DNA of 64,000 nt from Yuukianura sp. NJ FZ-2021 (GCA_046563655.1 CM102286.1:620001-684000); one strand, 5' to 3'; shown: positions 38,516 through 52,751, counted from the stretch's first letter. Numbers and translations: made by a program. Notes: a model not told the origin generated them from the sequence alone.

Positions 38516-39591
38516 TGTCGAAATTTTACTTAGCAAGTTTTCTCATTCACTTGCGTTAGCTTTGTTCCAACTGTTCAGCCTAAACTTGAACATCGGACAG
38601 CTAGTTCTAAAAGTGTTTGTTTGAACACGATTGTTCCCGGGAGATTTTAAATCTCATGTGAATTATCGTCTTTTTTCGAAGACTGCCTTTTAAATTCAAA
38701 ATTTTGTTATTCTCACGGGACTTTTAAAGCCCAGTTCAGCTTTTCCGGGACTAAACTATTCTTTTGCGTTTTGCCTGTCGCATGTATATTTATCTTACTA
38801 CATTTTATAAAGTTTAGCTTAGAAACATGCAAAAATGAACGCATGCGTAGACTTTTGAATATCAATCAATCAACATAAAAAAAAAGTTTTCTTTCACTTA
38901 AACATTTGGAGAAGAGAAAGTAGACCAGAGGAATGAGAAATGAAATTTCGAGAAAAATGACAAGAATAGACGCCGTAAAAAATTCCGGCGTATATTTATA
39001 CGCTCAGAATCAAAGATTCCGCTTTCGGGTTTGATCGGAGAAAGGTTAGCATGGTGAAGGTGAAATGAAATTACGACGGAGAAAGCATAGAAATTTTTTT
39101 CTGTTTGGATTTGGACAGTTTGTGCCAAACTAACTTTTAAACTCCTACAAAATAAAATACATAAGAAACAAGAATAAAAGAACACTGAAAATGGTTATTA
39201 AACGGTCCTTGGTGTACCAATTCTGGTTTCATAACTTCAAATATACGTTAATTGAATTAAATTTAATATTTAATTACTTAAATTATATAGTAATGTGAAA
39301 TTTGAATGTTGTGCTGAACCGATTTCTGCAAGGTTCCAAAAAAAGTGGTGGTGGGCAGAGACTGTAAAATTTCAACTTTCTCCGGCGCAGTGAGTCATTC
39401 ATTCAAAGTCAAACAGACAGCGTGAAAACCGTCAGAACATCCCTGGAATTTTCACCCACATCGGCTTTTATGTTATCTGCGAAAGTTCAGTCACTTTTTT
39501 AACAATGAATCAAGGTCAATCATCAATCAAATTTAGGTTTAACTGGCTTTGAATCAAGCTCAACTTGGAAATTGTGTAAACTACTCGGCGT

Positions 39592-42500
39592 ATGGGTCAA
39601 TGCACTTCTGCAGAGCCCCACCGAATCTCCTCAGTACCAAATACACCACAAATTGAAAATTTACCACAAATTGTCAACACGTCCCACCAACCAATTCTGG
39701 GAACTGGTTCTTCCGCCAAAAAGGTAACTCATTTATGAAAAAAAAATCCAATTTTATGGAAACTAAACCTTATATTCAGTTATAATGAGGATATGAGGAA
39801 TAACTGGAGTATCAGGAAATCAACTAACTTATTCTTCTAGTTATTTGCAAAGGAACAGTTCGCAGATCAGTTGTATTCATTCATAAACGAATTTCAAACA
39901 AATTGACAGTTTTAGTGGTTGGACAGATTTGTTACTGTCACTTTTGTGTAGAGATATTTGCGAGTACAATTTTGCATGGGTGCAATTGCAAATTGCAATT
40001 GGCCATAGGCCAAACCACACCGGCAAAAAAGGCAAGGAGTGAAATGAGAAATGTAAAAAAAGTTTCTCTCCTTTTGACTTTGAAGTGTGAATTGAATTTG
40101 AATTAAAATTCACTTACTCAAGTCGGATTTACATTTAACTTTTGTATTCAATTGCACGACTGAGCCTCTGCGTCACTAATTAATTTTAATTAAAGTTCGT
40201 AAATTACTGTGATTCGCCTCATCAGTCATCAATTCAATTTCACTTTTGTCATCCAGCGAAAGTCGTCATTCACTATCCAAATCACCAAGTCTAATACAGG
40301 GAGCACTATCAGAGGGTCATCTTCATCCTTACTAAAAAGTTATACACATTGCGGTCAAGGTTGAACTTTAAACTAAGCTTAATTACTAATCAGGTTCGTA
40401 AATGTAGTCTATGTCTCTGTTTAGTTGGTGTTAATTACTTGTTTAACTGAGCAAACATGAAATTGACTTGTGGTATCGTTGTTTGTTACAGGAAGGTGTC
40501 GGTGGTGGTGATTTGGTAACGGGACTGTCCAAATCATCAGACGATACAGCTCAGCTCACAACTGCGCAAGGTCAACCGATCAAAGGCATACGGAAACTGA
40601 AACCACGACGCAGAGGACTATTCGGATTTCATCAAAAGCAGCATGTGACGTTCCTCACGACTCCAGAACAGGTCAACTCAAAGTCAATAGAATCTCGAGT
40701 CCCCAGAAGACGAATCCATCTTGACCCCCTTCCAAGGAAACCTGCAAATACTGCATTAGCTAGATCAAGTTCGGAGTATCCTGAATATGAGAAACCGCAA
40801 TCTCAGGAATGCCGGAGTGCAACTCTCATTATGGGAAACAATGTCCAGAAACCAGCTAGGCGAGACTCCAAGAATGTAACTCAGAAGAAGAATCTAACGG
40901 AACAATCAGTGATCTCGAAACCGTCTCAGCTGATACCACTGTCCAAGAGTAGTGCAGCAGTTCTCTCCTGTGCTGAAGTTGATCAATCTCAAGAATTTGC
41001 ACAAACCAAAGAATACATTCCATCTTCCAAAACTACTCTTGATCTGTCCAATGCCAAATCCTTAGCAATCGCTGCTGAACTCGAGGCCAGTCGCTTAGAA
41101 AAGAATCTCCTTAGAGCTCGATTCTTCTCGTCACCTCCTTCGCACGACGAGGAGGATATGAGTGCCAATAGATTTGGATTTCGTCAGGCCCCACCAGCCG
41201 TTGGCGGTGATCAGCCACCAAACGTTTACCGGACGTTCCAGTATCATCCACCAGCACCAACCAAAATTACCCCACGGGGTGCTGGCGCCAGAGTCATCAA
41301 GACTGACGTTCATCAGTTCCAGACTGCTCTGCCTACAACGTCTTCGTCCTTAAATCAATTGCCAAATCTTCATTTTATTACATCAAAAACGACTCAGTCC
41401 AAGTCCGCCGCGGCTATTCCTGTCCCACCACCGTTAATTCCTCCTAAACGACATCAGTTCACATCATCAGCAGCATCTAGTACTCATGGAGCATCGAATC
41501 GGTACAGTCTCAGCTGTTCCTCAAAAAGTTCAACTGGATTTGGATATACTTCTAATAGTTCTGTCAGAATCTCTGGAAATACTTGTGATAACCATGGAAA
41601 CGGAACGGCTGATAGTACTAAACCAGCCACTGCTGGATCTGTAACCAGTAGATGGTCCGATGGTCACCTTGGGGCTGTTTCGGAAAACCGTGACACCGCC
41701 GATAAACCTTCTCGTTATGGATTCGGCTGGAAGAAGTCCAGTATTAGCAAAGTTGCAAGCACAGATACTTCCCAAGTACTCAAACCTCCTATGACAAAAC
41801 CTTTCTATCTCCTAGCAACCGCTGAAAACACTAAAAACGTCCTCCAGAATACTGCTCCCGTTGGAACCGTCGCTCAGAAGAAATTTTTGTTCGAACCGAA
41901 GAAACTAACGAATCTAAACAAGGAAAAACTTCTGAAAATTCCGGATTCAGAACCAGGATGTACATCATCTAATCATTCCACCGCTGTTACGACCGTTTCC
42001 GTGACGACGACGACAAATTCCGACCCGACAACGACACTGGCGACACATGATGAAACGCAAGTTAGGAAGCTGGACTTCATTTGTACTGAACAGGAAAAGG
42101 CCAGTAGTGAAGAAGTGGACAAAGGCACTGAAGGATCTCATTTCGAGTCACTCTCGTCTACAACTTCGAAGTTGTCATGCGCCGATAGTACTTTTACTTT
42201 TGAAAGTGACGATGGGCATGATCATGGACCCGGACAGTGTCAAGGTCAATGTCAAGACCCCCATTTGCAACTACTGCGTCCGCGTTCAGGCAGATCTCTC
42301 AGTCGGGAACGGGACACTCCCATATCAGATTCAGAGTACTTGATTGATGATGAAATTTCTGATCAACCAGAACTAACGTTCAATTTTCAAGGTAATTCGT
42401 CTCTTTCACTAATCATTTTTTGTTAACAAAGTAATTAGCTTTTTAATCTTTGAGGAAGTCCTTAGGCCATGGGTGTGATTAGCATTAGTTTAAGGAAGTT

Positions 42501-45500
42501 CATGCGTAGGTGTTGGGTGTATCTAAATCCATTACTGAAATTGAGCGAGTGAAATGTGAAATTGGAGAAGTTTTTGACGTGATGCTGTAAATGGACCTCG
42601 ATTTGTTTTCCAATTTCCACGCTTCTAAAACGAGGATTGTGCCAATTCGCACGTAGCAATCTAAATTTAAAATTCGCAATGTCAAAACATATTTTTTTGA
42701 TTAGCTCATAAACTTTAGGTAAAAAAAAAAATCTGGGTGTGCGGCGACAATAAGTGACTAATGGTATAATTGTAAATACTTTTTGTTGACGCAATCAACT
42801 TGTTATTTTTTTAAGTATGCATTGGAATTACTAACGTAAGTAATTTCAATTCCAAGTGTTTAGCAGGATGTTGTGAATTGAAAGCTGTGGTTTTATAATG
42901 TTATGCGGAGCATATGGAACTTGAAATGGCAAACTGGAATTGATGACTCATGTCCATTGTCCTTCCTCCCTATCTGAGCTAGAGATCAGTTCTAATCACT
43001 TTCTGGTTAAAACTTTAACCTTTAACCACTGCCCTCACCAATTTCATCCGTCTTTGGTCTTGTCATTTTAGTAACAAAATTCTGTTTAAATTTTGCTTTG
43101 ATGAAAATATCATTCTGCTTCTGCGTGCGAAAGCCCCCTTCAGAGTCGAGTTTGAAGTGTTGATGACTCGTAGAAATAAGAACTTTGGTTCAAAAGACAA
43201 GAATGTCAGGCTAAGCAACTTCGTCATCGTCCAAGTGCGATGTCATTACCTTGTGCATTTTTTGCCAAATTGTTCTACTGTCTACTCCCTTGCCAAAGAA
43301 AATCCTCAAAACTGGTTGTTTTATACGTCAATTAACTTTTATAATTTTACGACTGTGATTTGCTGTAAACGAAAAGTAACAAACAGAAAATTACTTTTTT
43401 TTTTGTTAAAACTACAGCAGAAATTTATTTCGAAACGTCTGCAATGTAATCAGTGGCGGAAATTGAAAAATGCCGAAATTTATTGCTGTACGTGTAGTAT
43501 GCGGTGCATATTTTTTGATTAAGGTGTAGTTACGTAAAAATTTGTGGATTTATGTAATCTAAATCTTTTGTTCTCAAACTAATCCTCCTCACTCGACTGA
43601 CGCACTTATATGAATGAGGATTGAGGAAATCCTCAATTTGGGTGCCTCAAGTATGGTTTTCACTCTCACTGAAGCTGCAAGTATCATTGTTCAGTTGTTG
43701 ATTTGGTTTTGCGTGGAAGTGGCACTTTTTGTAAGGTTGCGCAAATGACTCTGTGACTATGATGAGAGAGAAGCCTATCAAAGTTCCCAAACAAGTTTTT
43801 GAATAGGTGAACTTTAGTTCTTCCTGGAATTTACCGTGCTAAATAGTCATTAGGGTTATCCGTGAACTTCACACTTTGTCTAGTTGGAATCTTCCCAAGG
43901 CCACTTGAATTCCCCTCCATTTCCATTCATCTTCTAGTCATCTTCCGCAGTAAAGTGGTGGTTACTCATCTTGAGAGGTTGAAAACATGCCGCAAGGAGA
44001 TTATCTCCCGGGAAGTGAACCCAATTCACCCGGTAAATACCAACAGATTGTACGCAAAGGAGAAAAACAGAGGAAGTTTAGGTTTTGCACGGAAAAGAGT
44101 AGAGAAAGTAAAGTTAGATTTTTATGGTTGAAGAAAATCGAAAATCGATGGCAAAAGAATTTGTACGAATATTTTATAAGTTTGGTTTTTTGTTTTTTCG
44201 AAGAGTAAAATTTTTTGGACTTGCTTATAGCCCAGTCCATACGACCTTGTTTTTGTGTAAAGTGCGTTGGCGAGGACATTTTGTTGCAAAAAAAAAGTGT
44301 TAGTTTTGACTGAGATTCTGCAACTAAATTTTGTTTGTGATTTTGTAATTGAAATTATTATTTACTTTCAGATTCGTCCTTGGTGGTGCTGTCGCGAAGT
44401 TCCTCTGAAGATTCGCTCTTGCTACCATACGATGTCACTCATCCTCAATCACCAATTACGACATCCTTGCCAAGGTAAATACTTCACGTAAATACGTAAA
44501 TAACTCGTAAATCTGTAAATATTTCATGCCCTCAAGCAAAAGAGCTCTCGACATAAATTTTCTTTTGAAGAATTTCATTCCCACGGCTTTTGCCTCCGCC
44601 GCGAGCAAAGTGATCTTGAGATTAAAACTCAAATTGATGTCAGCAAGTCGTAATCTTTTGGTTGCCAAAGTCCGAAAATGGAGTTGCCAATGTAAAAATC
44701 GCTTTAATTGGCAACATTCATTTCAGACTTGGATTTTTATAGTTGAAGAGAGGAGTGACTCGACATAAATGTTTTTCATTCTTCTATTCTCTAATTTTTA
44801 TATTAGTGGGAGATGCGGAAATAAAAGTTGCTCAATTACTTCTTTTGTTTTGTAGAGATGAAAGTCCGTTTGCAACTGATGATGGAGTGGTAGGTTCAGA
44901 TGCCAAGAGTGACTCGGGTATTTCCTCAAAGCCAGAGGATATCCTACCTCCTCCGTCGGTTCGTGTCAAGTCAACGGGCGGTAAAAGTCAACAATCCCAG
45001 ACCTCAATGAAGTGGAAAGAGGTCAAAGGTCAAACGGAGGTCAAAGGTCAACCACACAGACTCAGCAGAACCAGTTTCCCAGCACAACAGACCATCCAAC
45101 CACCGACCATCCGACCATCCACTCGTCTCCCACAGTCTAAAAATATGACAGAACATCCGCCGCAGGCAGTTTCTCAGCCAAAAGGAAAACAGTTACCAGT
45201 CCATCCTGCTCCTGTGACGAGAAAAAGTGTCCAACCGAAGTCAAATGTTGTCATGACGACGAGGTCATCCAGGTCAAGTTTCGGTCCAGACAAGATCACT
45301 AATTTGAAATCAGAGCCAACGTCACTGACCACTCCTAGGCCAAAGATTGTCAACGAAAACAAAAACATAAGCAGGAGTCGCGTGTCACTCGGCACTACGC
45401 CAAATTCAACTCTCAACAAATCCAAAGTCGTCAATCACTCTTCAGTTGTAGACTGTCGCAGAAGTTTAAGTGACGTGTCACGGTCACCAGTTCCACTTTT

Positions 45501-45795
45501 AACTACTGAAGCGCTTGAAGAAATTTTACTGGGTTTCGGTGAAGTCAAAACAACGTTGATGGAGTTAGAAGTGAAGCTGCAAGAGGCTGAGGAGCGGGAA
45601 TTAGAAAAAGATGAAATCATTGCCAAGTTGATGAAGCAAGTCAACTCGTTCAAAACGGAAAGATGTCAATCCTGTGGCAAATATCCGTTTAGGACGTCGT
45701 CAACGTTAGCAGAACGACAGAAGAACGATAGTGACGAAGATAAAATTAGTGCGGACTTACTACCAGAAGAAATCGCATGCTCAGATCACTACTAG
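39592..45795 (+). CDS. Large Ser/Thr/Pro-rich protein with C-terminal coiled coil, CCSER-like (exons 39592-39723, 40492-42391, 44372-44474, 44856-45795; 1024 aa)
   Basis: Four exons join in frame (3075 nt). Acidic motif EYLIDDEISDQP, SSEDSLLL and coiled coil VKTTLMELEVKLQ...EKDEII. The gene is well supported but the family name is tentative. Confidence 0.7.
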
Positions 45796-47563
45796 TCCAT
45801 CGATCGCTGCTATTCCATTATAAAAACTAGTCACTTATGGTGAGAAATGAGCAGCAGTTATAAGATTCGTTTTGAAAATTCATTACTGAAAACTTAACTT
45901 TTTTTTAATGTTTTCATATTCTTTTTCTTTCACAGTAATTCCTGGACGCTGAAAAGAAGAACGAATTTGGAAAACTAATTTATAGTCTGTTTATTTTGTT
46001 GCATCAGCACAGCATGAAGGTAAAGTTTTTCTTTTTATAATTTTTGAGTAAAAAATTTCTGTTAGTATTTTAATCCACCATTTTTTGTTTCAGTTCCAGT
46101 GCTGATGACGAAAAGTTGGAAATCTCCTTTGGCCACTCCAGTTTGACGCCAGTTATTAATTTAATTTGTTCGATTTGAATTTGAATATCAGTTCGTCAGG
46201 TCAATTCGCGTCCTAAGCCTTCAGTATTATAATTTAACCCGGACATTTAACAGTGTGAAGGTGTTATTATGTTAACTAACTTAAGAATAGCATGTTAACA
46301 TTTCAATTTGGAAAAGGAAAAGGAGGCCTTGACTAATTCGATCTCCGTTAAACTTGTAGAGAATTTAGGTTGGATTTTTCAAAAATTCTTCTGCCGGCTC
46401 AGAAAAAGTATTTATATAAACGAAGGAGCTTCATTCTTCTAACACAGCAGCTATTTAGTATTTAATTAAACTAACAATTAAGTTTAATTATTCTAGAAAT
46501 TAAGTTCTGCTTAAACTCTACACCTAGTCTTCTCTGCTGCATTTCATAATTGGAGGAGTGGAAACTTTTTCTCCATTTGAAGAATTGGACTGATTTTCCT
46601 GCCATAATTTTTTCAATTTCTAAGTCTAAACTTTAACATGAAAAAATTATTCCTAACAAACCAGTAACTTTAACTATCGATGAACCCAGTGACTCTGGCA
46701 GGAGCAAAATGAAAAAACGAAATCAGTTGTAACTTTATTTAACAATTTGGAAACGTCAAAATAAAATTTTGGAAATTCACTGTATCACTCAATAGCACTT
46801 TAGTTCTAGTGGTTTCATTTCAATCTAAGTCTGAGGTCAAATGCGGAACTTATAGTGTGGTCGAACATCGTGTAGTTTTTACCTTTCGCAAATTAAAACA
46901 TCAGCACACGAGGCGAGTGTTGACCAATAAGCGTCGACTTTATGCTGAATTGTGCCTGGTACTTTTTAATTTGAGGTTAGTGGCTAACCTATGATTAATT
47001 ACAAATTTAATTAACTTGTAAGATTAATAACCAGGTTAGCACCGATCACCCGCTCCTGTTGGTCGTGCTTTAAAAAATGTTTCACCCGAATTTCGGAAAA
47101 AAAAATGCCCAAATGCTAAAATTTTGAATTAAAATTCCTAAAGCTGAAATTTTGATTATGTTAGAGTTAGAGTTTCGTCTGTACTTTGACTGAATTTGCA
47201 AACGATGTTTTTGACACTGGGGTCAGGAAACATTTTTTTTAAGTTATCTGCCATTTGTATTCAATTTCTCACCTTTGCCCTGGTATTAATTTGTTTGATT
47301 TTGAAAAGAATTTTGAAAAGTGTTTAATACGGTAGGAATTGAAGTCCGAGAAATTTGTGATACGTGAGGTTTGGTTATGTGAAGTTTGGAAATTATCTTA
47401 CTACGTATGTGGTGTAACTAACTGTGGTTAAAATTAACTGCTTTGGCAATTGACTTGCAGTGATTAAGTTTTTGCTTAAATAGGAATGCTGGATGCTGTT
47501 TGACCTCCAACCTGCTTTTGTGACTTGACCTTTCACAAAACAATTTCAAACCAACCAATCACG

Positions 47564-47994
47564 ATGCGCACTGCTATCCTCTTCGCTTTTGCTCTCTGCG
47601 TCGTTGTGGCCAGTGCCGGCCCAATTGAAAAGCGAGACGAACTTGATGTCTTCAAGGGACGACCAGGTACTTCCCTCTTTTCAAAATTTTGAAACTTTAT
47701 CGTGTCAAAATTAACTAAATTTTGAAACCAAAATTAAAATTTGAGAAGAAATGTTCATAAATTGTTGTTAAATTTCAGAGGTCCGCAACGGACATGCTCC
47801 AGCCAAGGACTACATTGTCATTGAAGTCTTGAAACCAATTGTTCAGTAAGTTTGGAATTTCAAAATTTTGGATTTTCTTAAAACTTTGGAAATTTTTAAA
47901 ACTGCGGTTTACAATTTGTAGCTACTATGCTGCTGAGGCCCGTGTTGAAGCCGCCGCTGGTGTCAATGCCTCTGAGGAAGCTCCGGAAGCCTAA
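47564..47994 (+). CDS. Secreted propeptide family gene 1 (exons 47564-47666, 47779-47845, 47922-47994; 80 aa)
   Basis: Translates to MRTAILFAFALCVVVASAGPIEKR-DELDVFKGRPEVRNGHAPAKDYIVIEVLKPIVHYYAAEARVEAAAGVNASEEAPEA with canonical splice sites. Confidence 0.88.
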
Positions 47995-48512
47995 ACGTCT
48001 TAATTTTAAACCACCCATTTAAAATTTAACATCCGATCAAAATATGAAATAAATATCCGAAATTCAGAGTTTTGCAAAAATAAATCTTCCTTTCTCTTCA
48101 TTCTCTTTGGTTTCACTTAATAATTTGGAATCGCTAGGACTTTTACTAAAATTGGTTTTAATTTAACTGCGTCGCACTAAAATTTGTAGACAATAAAAAA
48201 CGATAGAAAACGATAAAAATTAGTGAAGCTGTGGTTAATTTCCAAAGTTACTTTGATTTCAGCAGTTTCTAATACAATTTTGTCAAAATAAAATGTAGCA
48301 TGGACTATTTTAATTAAGTCTTTGCCGTCTGTGCAGAATCTCGGCAAGATATGAATTGAGGAAGTTAATTTAAAACCACAATTAAACAAAATTAATTAAT
48401 TGAATTGGTAAATTAAAAGGTACGTAAAGGAGAACATTCAGTGTCCAGGGATTATTGCTTTCCTTAACCAACCTACGTGACTTTGCCGCCAAATTCAAAT
48501 TGAAGAGTCGCC

Positions 48513-48905
48513 ATGCGTGTTGCCATCCTTGTTGCTCTTGCGCTCTGCATTTTTGCAGTTTCTGCCAATCCCGTGGCTCACTTCGACAAACGTGATGAAC
48601 TGGACGCCTTCAAGGGACGACCAGGTAAGATTTGAAATTTGAAAAACTTTTAAAAAAAAATCAAAATTTAAGAAGATGTTACATTTTGCTGTTAAATTTC
48701 AGAGGTCCGAAACGGACATGCTCCAGCCAAGGACTACATTGTCATCGAAGTCTTGAAACCAATTGTTCAGTGAGTGGAGATTTCGCTATTGAAAAATTGG
48801 GTTTTTTGAAATTCTGAAATTTCAATTTTACTTTGTAGCTACTACGCTGCTGAAGCCCATGTTGAGACTGTTGGGGTTGCCGCTTCTGAGGAGAAATCGG
48901 AATAA
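48513..48905 (+). CDS. Secreted propeptide family gene 2 (exons 48513-48624, 48703-48769, 48839-48905)
   Basis: MRVAILVALALCIFAVSANPVAHFDKR-DELDAFKGRPEVRNGHAPAKDYIVIEVLKPIVHYYAAEAHVETVGVAASEEKSE. Confidence 0.88.
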
Positions 48906-49638
48906 AAGTTAAAAGCCATCATCAAACCCTAACTTAACAAGCATCTTATGTTTTTAAACTATTTAAATTGCGAAAGTGTGGAATTAAAATCTTCCGTTTC
49001 ACTCTCTCTATTCTTTTATTCTGTATTTGAAATTCTCTCTTTGAAATTTGCTAATTTGTAAGAGTTCCGTAATCATAACTGGAGACCGTGCATGTAAGAC
49101 AGACTTTGTCCGGGGTAAACTTTTCCTCAGAAAACTCAGAATTTTCGCACTCATGTTTCGGTTGATGTAAGGCGAAGTTGCATTTATTTTTTTACCTTAT
49201 GTTGGAATTAAAAAAGATCTACCGGGTTTGCTCAAAATTACGACACCTCAAAAAAAATCTTCAACCAATGGGTCGGCGGTTTCGAAATTTAAAATAAAAT
49301 CAAAACCGCCAAAACCGATTAAAAAAGTTTGAGTAATTCTAAATGCTTCCGTGTGGCTTACAGGTTTTGGAAATTTGCAACCATGAACGAAATTGTGGCT
49401 TTGGTATCATCGGTATGAGGTGGAGGTGAACAGATTTGTTTTTCAAAATGGAACTTGATTGAATTTTGAAAACCAAATTCAAAATGAAACTTAATTGAAT
49501 TTTTAAAACCAAATTACCGCTATTTGCGATTATCCAATTACCGGTTGACTTAAATAAGAACGTCGCCCATGTTAGTTCAAACATTTCTAAAAAGTCTCTT
49601 AACCTGTCTCATTTTGCCCCAATTTGAAACCAATCACC

Positions 49639-50114
49639 ATGCGTGTTGCCATCCTCGTTGCCCTCTGCGTCGTCGCAGCCACCGCCAACCCAGTTGCTCA
49701 GCCCAACCATGGGTTCGAGTCTCCAGGCTTCAACCCCGGGGCAAGCAACGGTTACGAGACTCCAGGCTTCAATCCTAATGCTAAACGAGATGAACTTGAT
49801 GTCTTCAAGGGACGACCAGGTAAAATCCAAATTTCAAATTTTGAAACAAAAAATCAAAATTTGAGAAGAAATGTTAATAATTTGTTGTTAAATTTCAGAG
49901 GTCCGCAACGGACATGCTCCAGCCAAGGACTACATTGTCATTGAAGTCTTGAAACCAATTGTTCAGTAAGTTTGGAATTTCAAAATTTTGGATTTTCTTA
50001 AAACTTTGGAAATTTTTAAAACTGCGGTTTACAATTTGTAGCTACTATGCTGCTGAGGCCCGTGTTGAAGCCGCCGCTGGTGTCAATGCCTCTGAGGAAG
50101 CTCCGGAAGCCTAA
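49639..50114 (+). CDS. Secreted propeptide family gene 3 (exons 49639-49819, 49899-49965, 50042-50114)
   Basis: Signal peptide, two 13-aa repeats (NHGFESPGFNPGA, SNGYETPGFNPNA), KR, then the conserved core with the gene-1-type tail. Confidence 0.88.
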
Positions 50115-50632
50115 ACGTCTTAATTTTAAACCACCCATTTAAAATTTAACATCCGATCAAAATATGAAATAAATATCCGAAATTCAGAGTTTTGCAAAAA
50201 TAAATCTTCCTTTCTCTTCATTCTCTTTGGTTTCACTTAATAATTTGGAATCGCTAGGACTTTTACTAAAATTGGTTTTAATTTAACTGCGTCGCACTAA
50301 AATTTGTAGACAATAAAAAACGATAGAAAACGATAAAAATGAGTGAAGCTGTGGTTAATTTCCAAAGTTACTTTGATTTCAGCAGTTTCTAATACAATTT
50401 TGTCAAAATAAAATGTAGCATGGACTATTTTAATTAAGTCTTTGCCGTCTGTGCAGAATCTCGGCAAGATATGAATTGAGGAAGTTAATTTAAAACCACA
50501 ATTAAACAAAATTAATTAATTGAATTGGTAAATTAAAAGGTACGTAAAGGAGAACATTCAGTGTCCAGGGACTATTGCTTTCTTTAACCAACCTACGTGA
50601 CTTTGCCACCAAATTCAAATTGAAGAGTCGCC

Positions 50633-51025
50633 ATGCGTGTTGCCATCCTTGTTGCTCTTGCGCTCTGCATTTTTGCAGTTTCTGCCAATCCCGTGGCTCG
50701 CTTCGACAAACGTGATGAACTGGACGCCTTCAAGGGACGCCCAGGTAAGATTTGAAATTTGAAAAACTTTTAAAAAAAAATCAAAATTTAAGAAGATGTT
50801 ACATTTTGCTGTTAAATTTCAGAGGTCCGTAATGGACATGCTCCAGCCAAGGACTACATTGTCATCGAAGTCTTGAAACCAATTGTTCAGTAAGTGGAGA
50901 TTTCGCTATTGAAAAATTGGGTTTTTTGAAATTCTGAAATTTCAATTTTACTTTGTAGCTACTACGCTGCTGAAGCCCATGTTGAGACTGTTGGAGTTGC
51001 CGCTTCTGAGGAGAAATCGGAATAA
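50633..51025 (+). CDS. Secreted propeptide family gene 4 (near-copy of gene 2)
   Basis: Same three-exon structure; ARFDKR instead of AHFDKR. Confidence 0.88.
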
Positions 51026-51758
51026 AAGTTAAAAGCCATCATCAAACCCTAACTTAACAAGCATCTTATGTTTTTAAACTATTTAAATTGCGAAAGTGTG
51101 GAATTAAAATCTTCCGTTTCACTCTCTCTATTCTTTTATTCTGTATTTGAAATTCTCTCTTTGAAATTTGCTAATTTGTAAGAGTTCCGTAATCATAACT
51201 GGAGACCGTGCATGTAAGACAGACTTTGTCCGGGGTAAACTTTTCCTCAGAAAACTCAGAATTTTCGCACTCATGTTTCGGTTGATGTAAGGCGAAGTAG
51301 CATTTATTTTTTTACCTTATGTTGGAATTAAAAAAGATCTACCGGGTTTGCTCAAAATTACGACACCTCAAAAAAAATCTTCAACCAATGGGTCGGCGGT
51401 TTCGAAATTTAAAATAAAATCAAAACCGCCAAAACCGATTAAAAAAGTTTGAGTAATTCTAAATGCTTCCGTGTGGCTTACAGGTTTTGGAAATTTGGAA
51501 CCATGAACGAAATTGTGGCTTTGGTATCATCCGTATGAGGTGGAGGTGAACAGATTTGTTTTTCAAAATGGAACTTGATTGAATTTTGAAAACCAAATTC
51601 AAAATGAAACTTAATTGAATTTTTAAAACCAAATTACCGCTATTTGCGATTATCCAATTACCGGTTGACTTAAATAAGAACGTCGCCCATGTTAGTTCAA
51701 ACATTTCTAAAAAGTCTCTTAACCTGTCTCATTTTGCCCCAATTTGAAACCAATCACC

Positions 51759-52234
51759 ATGCGTGTTGCCATCCTCGTTGCCCTCTGCGTCGTCGCAGCC
51801 ACCGCCAACCCAGTTGCTCAGCCAAGCCATGGGTTCGAGTCTCCAGGCTTCAACCCCGGGGCAAGTAACGGTTACGAGACTCCAGGCTTCAATCCTAATG
51901 CTAAACGAGATGAACTTGATGTCTTCAAGGGACGACCAGGTAAAATCCAAATTTCAAATTTTGAAACAAAAAATCAAAATTTGAGAAGAAATGTTAATAA
52001 TTTGTTGTTAAATTTCAGAGGTCCGCAACGGACATGCTCCAGCCAAGGACTACATTGTCATTGAAGTCTTGAAACCAATTGTTCAGTAAGTTTGGAATTT
52101 CAAAATTTTGGATTTTCTTAAAACTTTGGAAATTTTTAAAACTGCGGTTTACAATTTGTAGCTACTATGCTGCTGAGGCCCGTGTTGAAGCCGCCGCTGG
52201 TGTCAATGCCTCTGAGGAAGCTCCGGAAGCCTAA
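51759..52234 (+). CDS. Secreted propeptide family gene 5 (near-copy of gene 3)
   Basis: Same structure; QPSHG instead of QPNHG. Confidence 0.88.
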
Positions 52235-52751
52235 ACGTCTTAATTTTAAACCACCCATTTAAAATTTAACATCCGATCAAAATATGAAATAAATATCCGA
52301 AATTCAGAGTTTTGCAAAAATAAATCTTCCTTTCTCTTCATTCTCTTTGGTTTCACTTAATAATTTGGAATCGCTAGGACTTTTACTAAAATTGGTTTTA
52401 ATTTAACTGCGTCGCACTAAAATTTGTAGACAATAAAAAACGATAGAAAACGATAAAAATTAGTGAAGCTGTGGTTAATTTCAAAGTTACTTTGATTTCA
52501 GCAGTTTCTAATACAATTTTGTCAAAATAAAATGTAGCATGGACTATTTTAATTAAGTCTTTGCCGTCTGTGCAGAATCTCGGCAAGATATGAATTGAGG
52601 AAGTTAATTTAAAACCACAATTAAACAAAATTAATTAATTGAATTGGTAAATTAAAAGGTACGTAAAGGAGAACATTCAGTGTCCAGGGATTATTGCTTT
52701 CCTTAACCAACCTACGTGACTTTGCCGCCAAATTCAAATTGAAGAGTCGCC

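Noticed and set aside
47630..47666. KR-DELDVFK-GR as an amidated or orcokinin-like neuropeptide
   Set aside because: The Arg is followed by Pro, which disfavours cleavage, and the resemblance to the orcokinin DEIDR motif is only superficial.
48177..52628. Recurring minus-strand ORFs (MFNCGFK..., MFELTWA..., MDFTWSS...)
   Set aside because: They recur only because the DNA is duplicated; they are AT-rich intergenic or antisense shadows, mostly with non-ATG starts.
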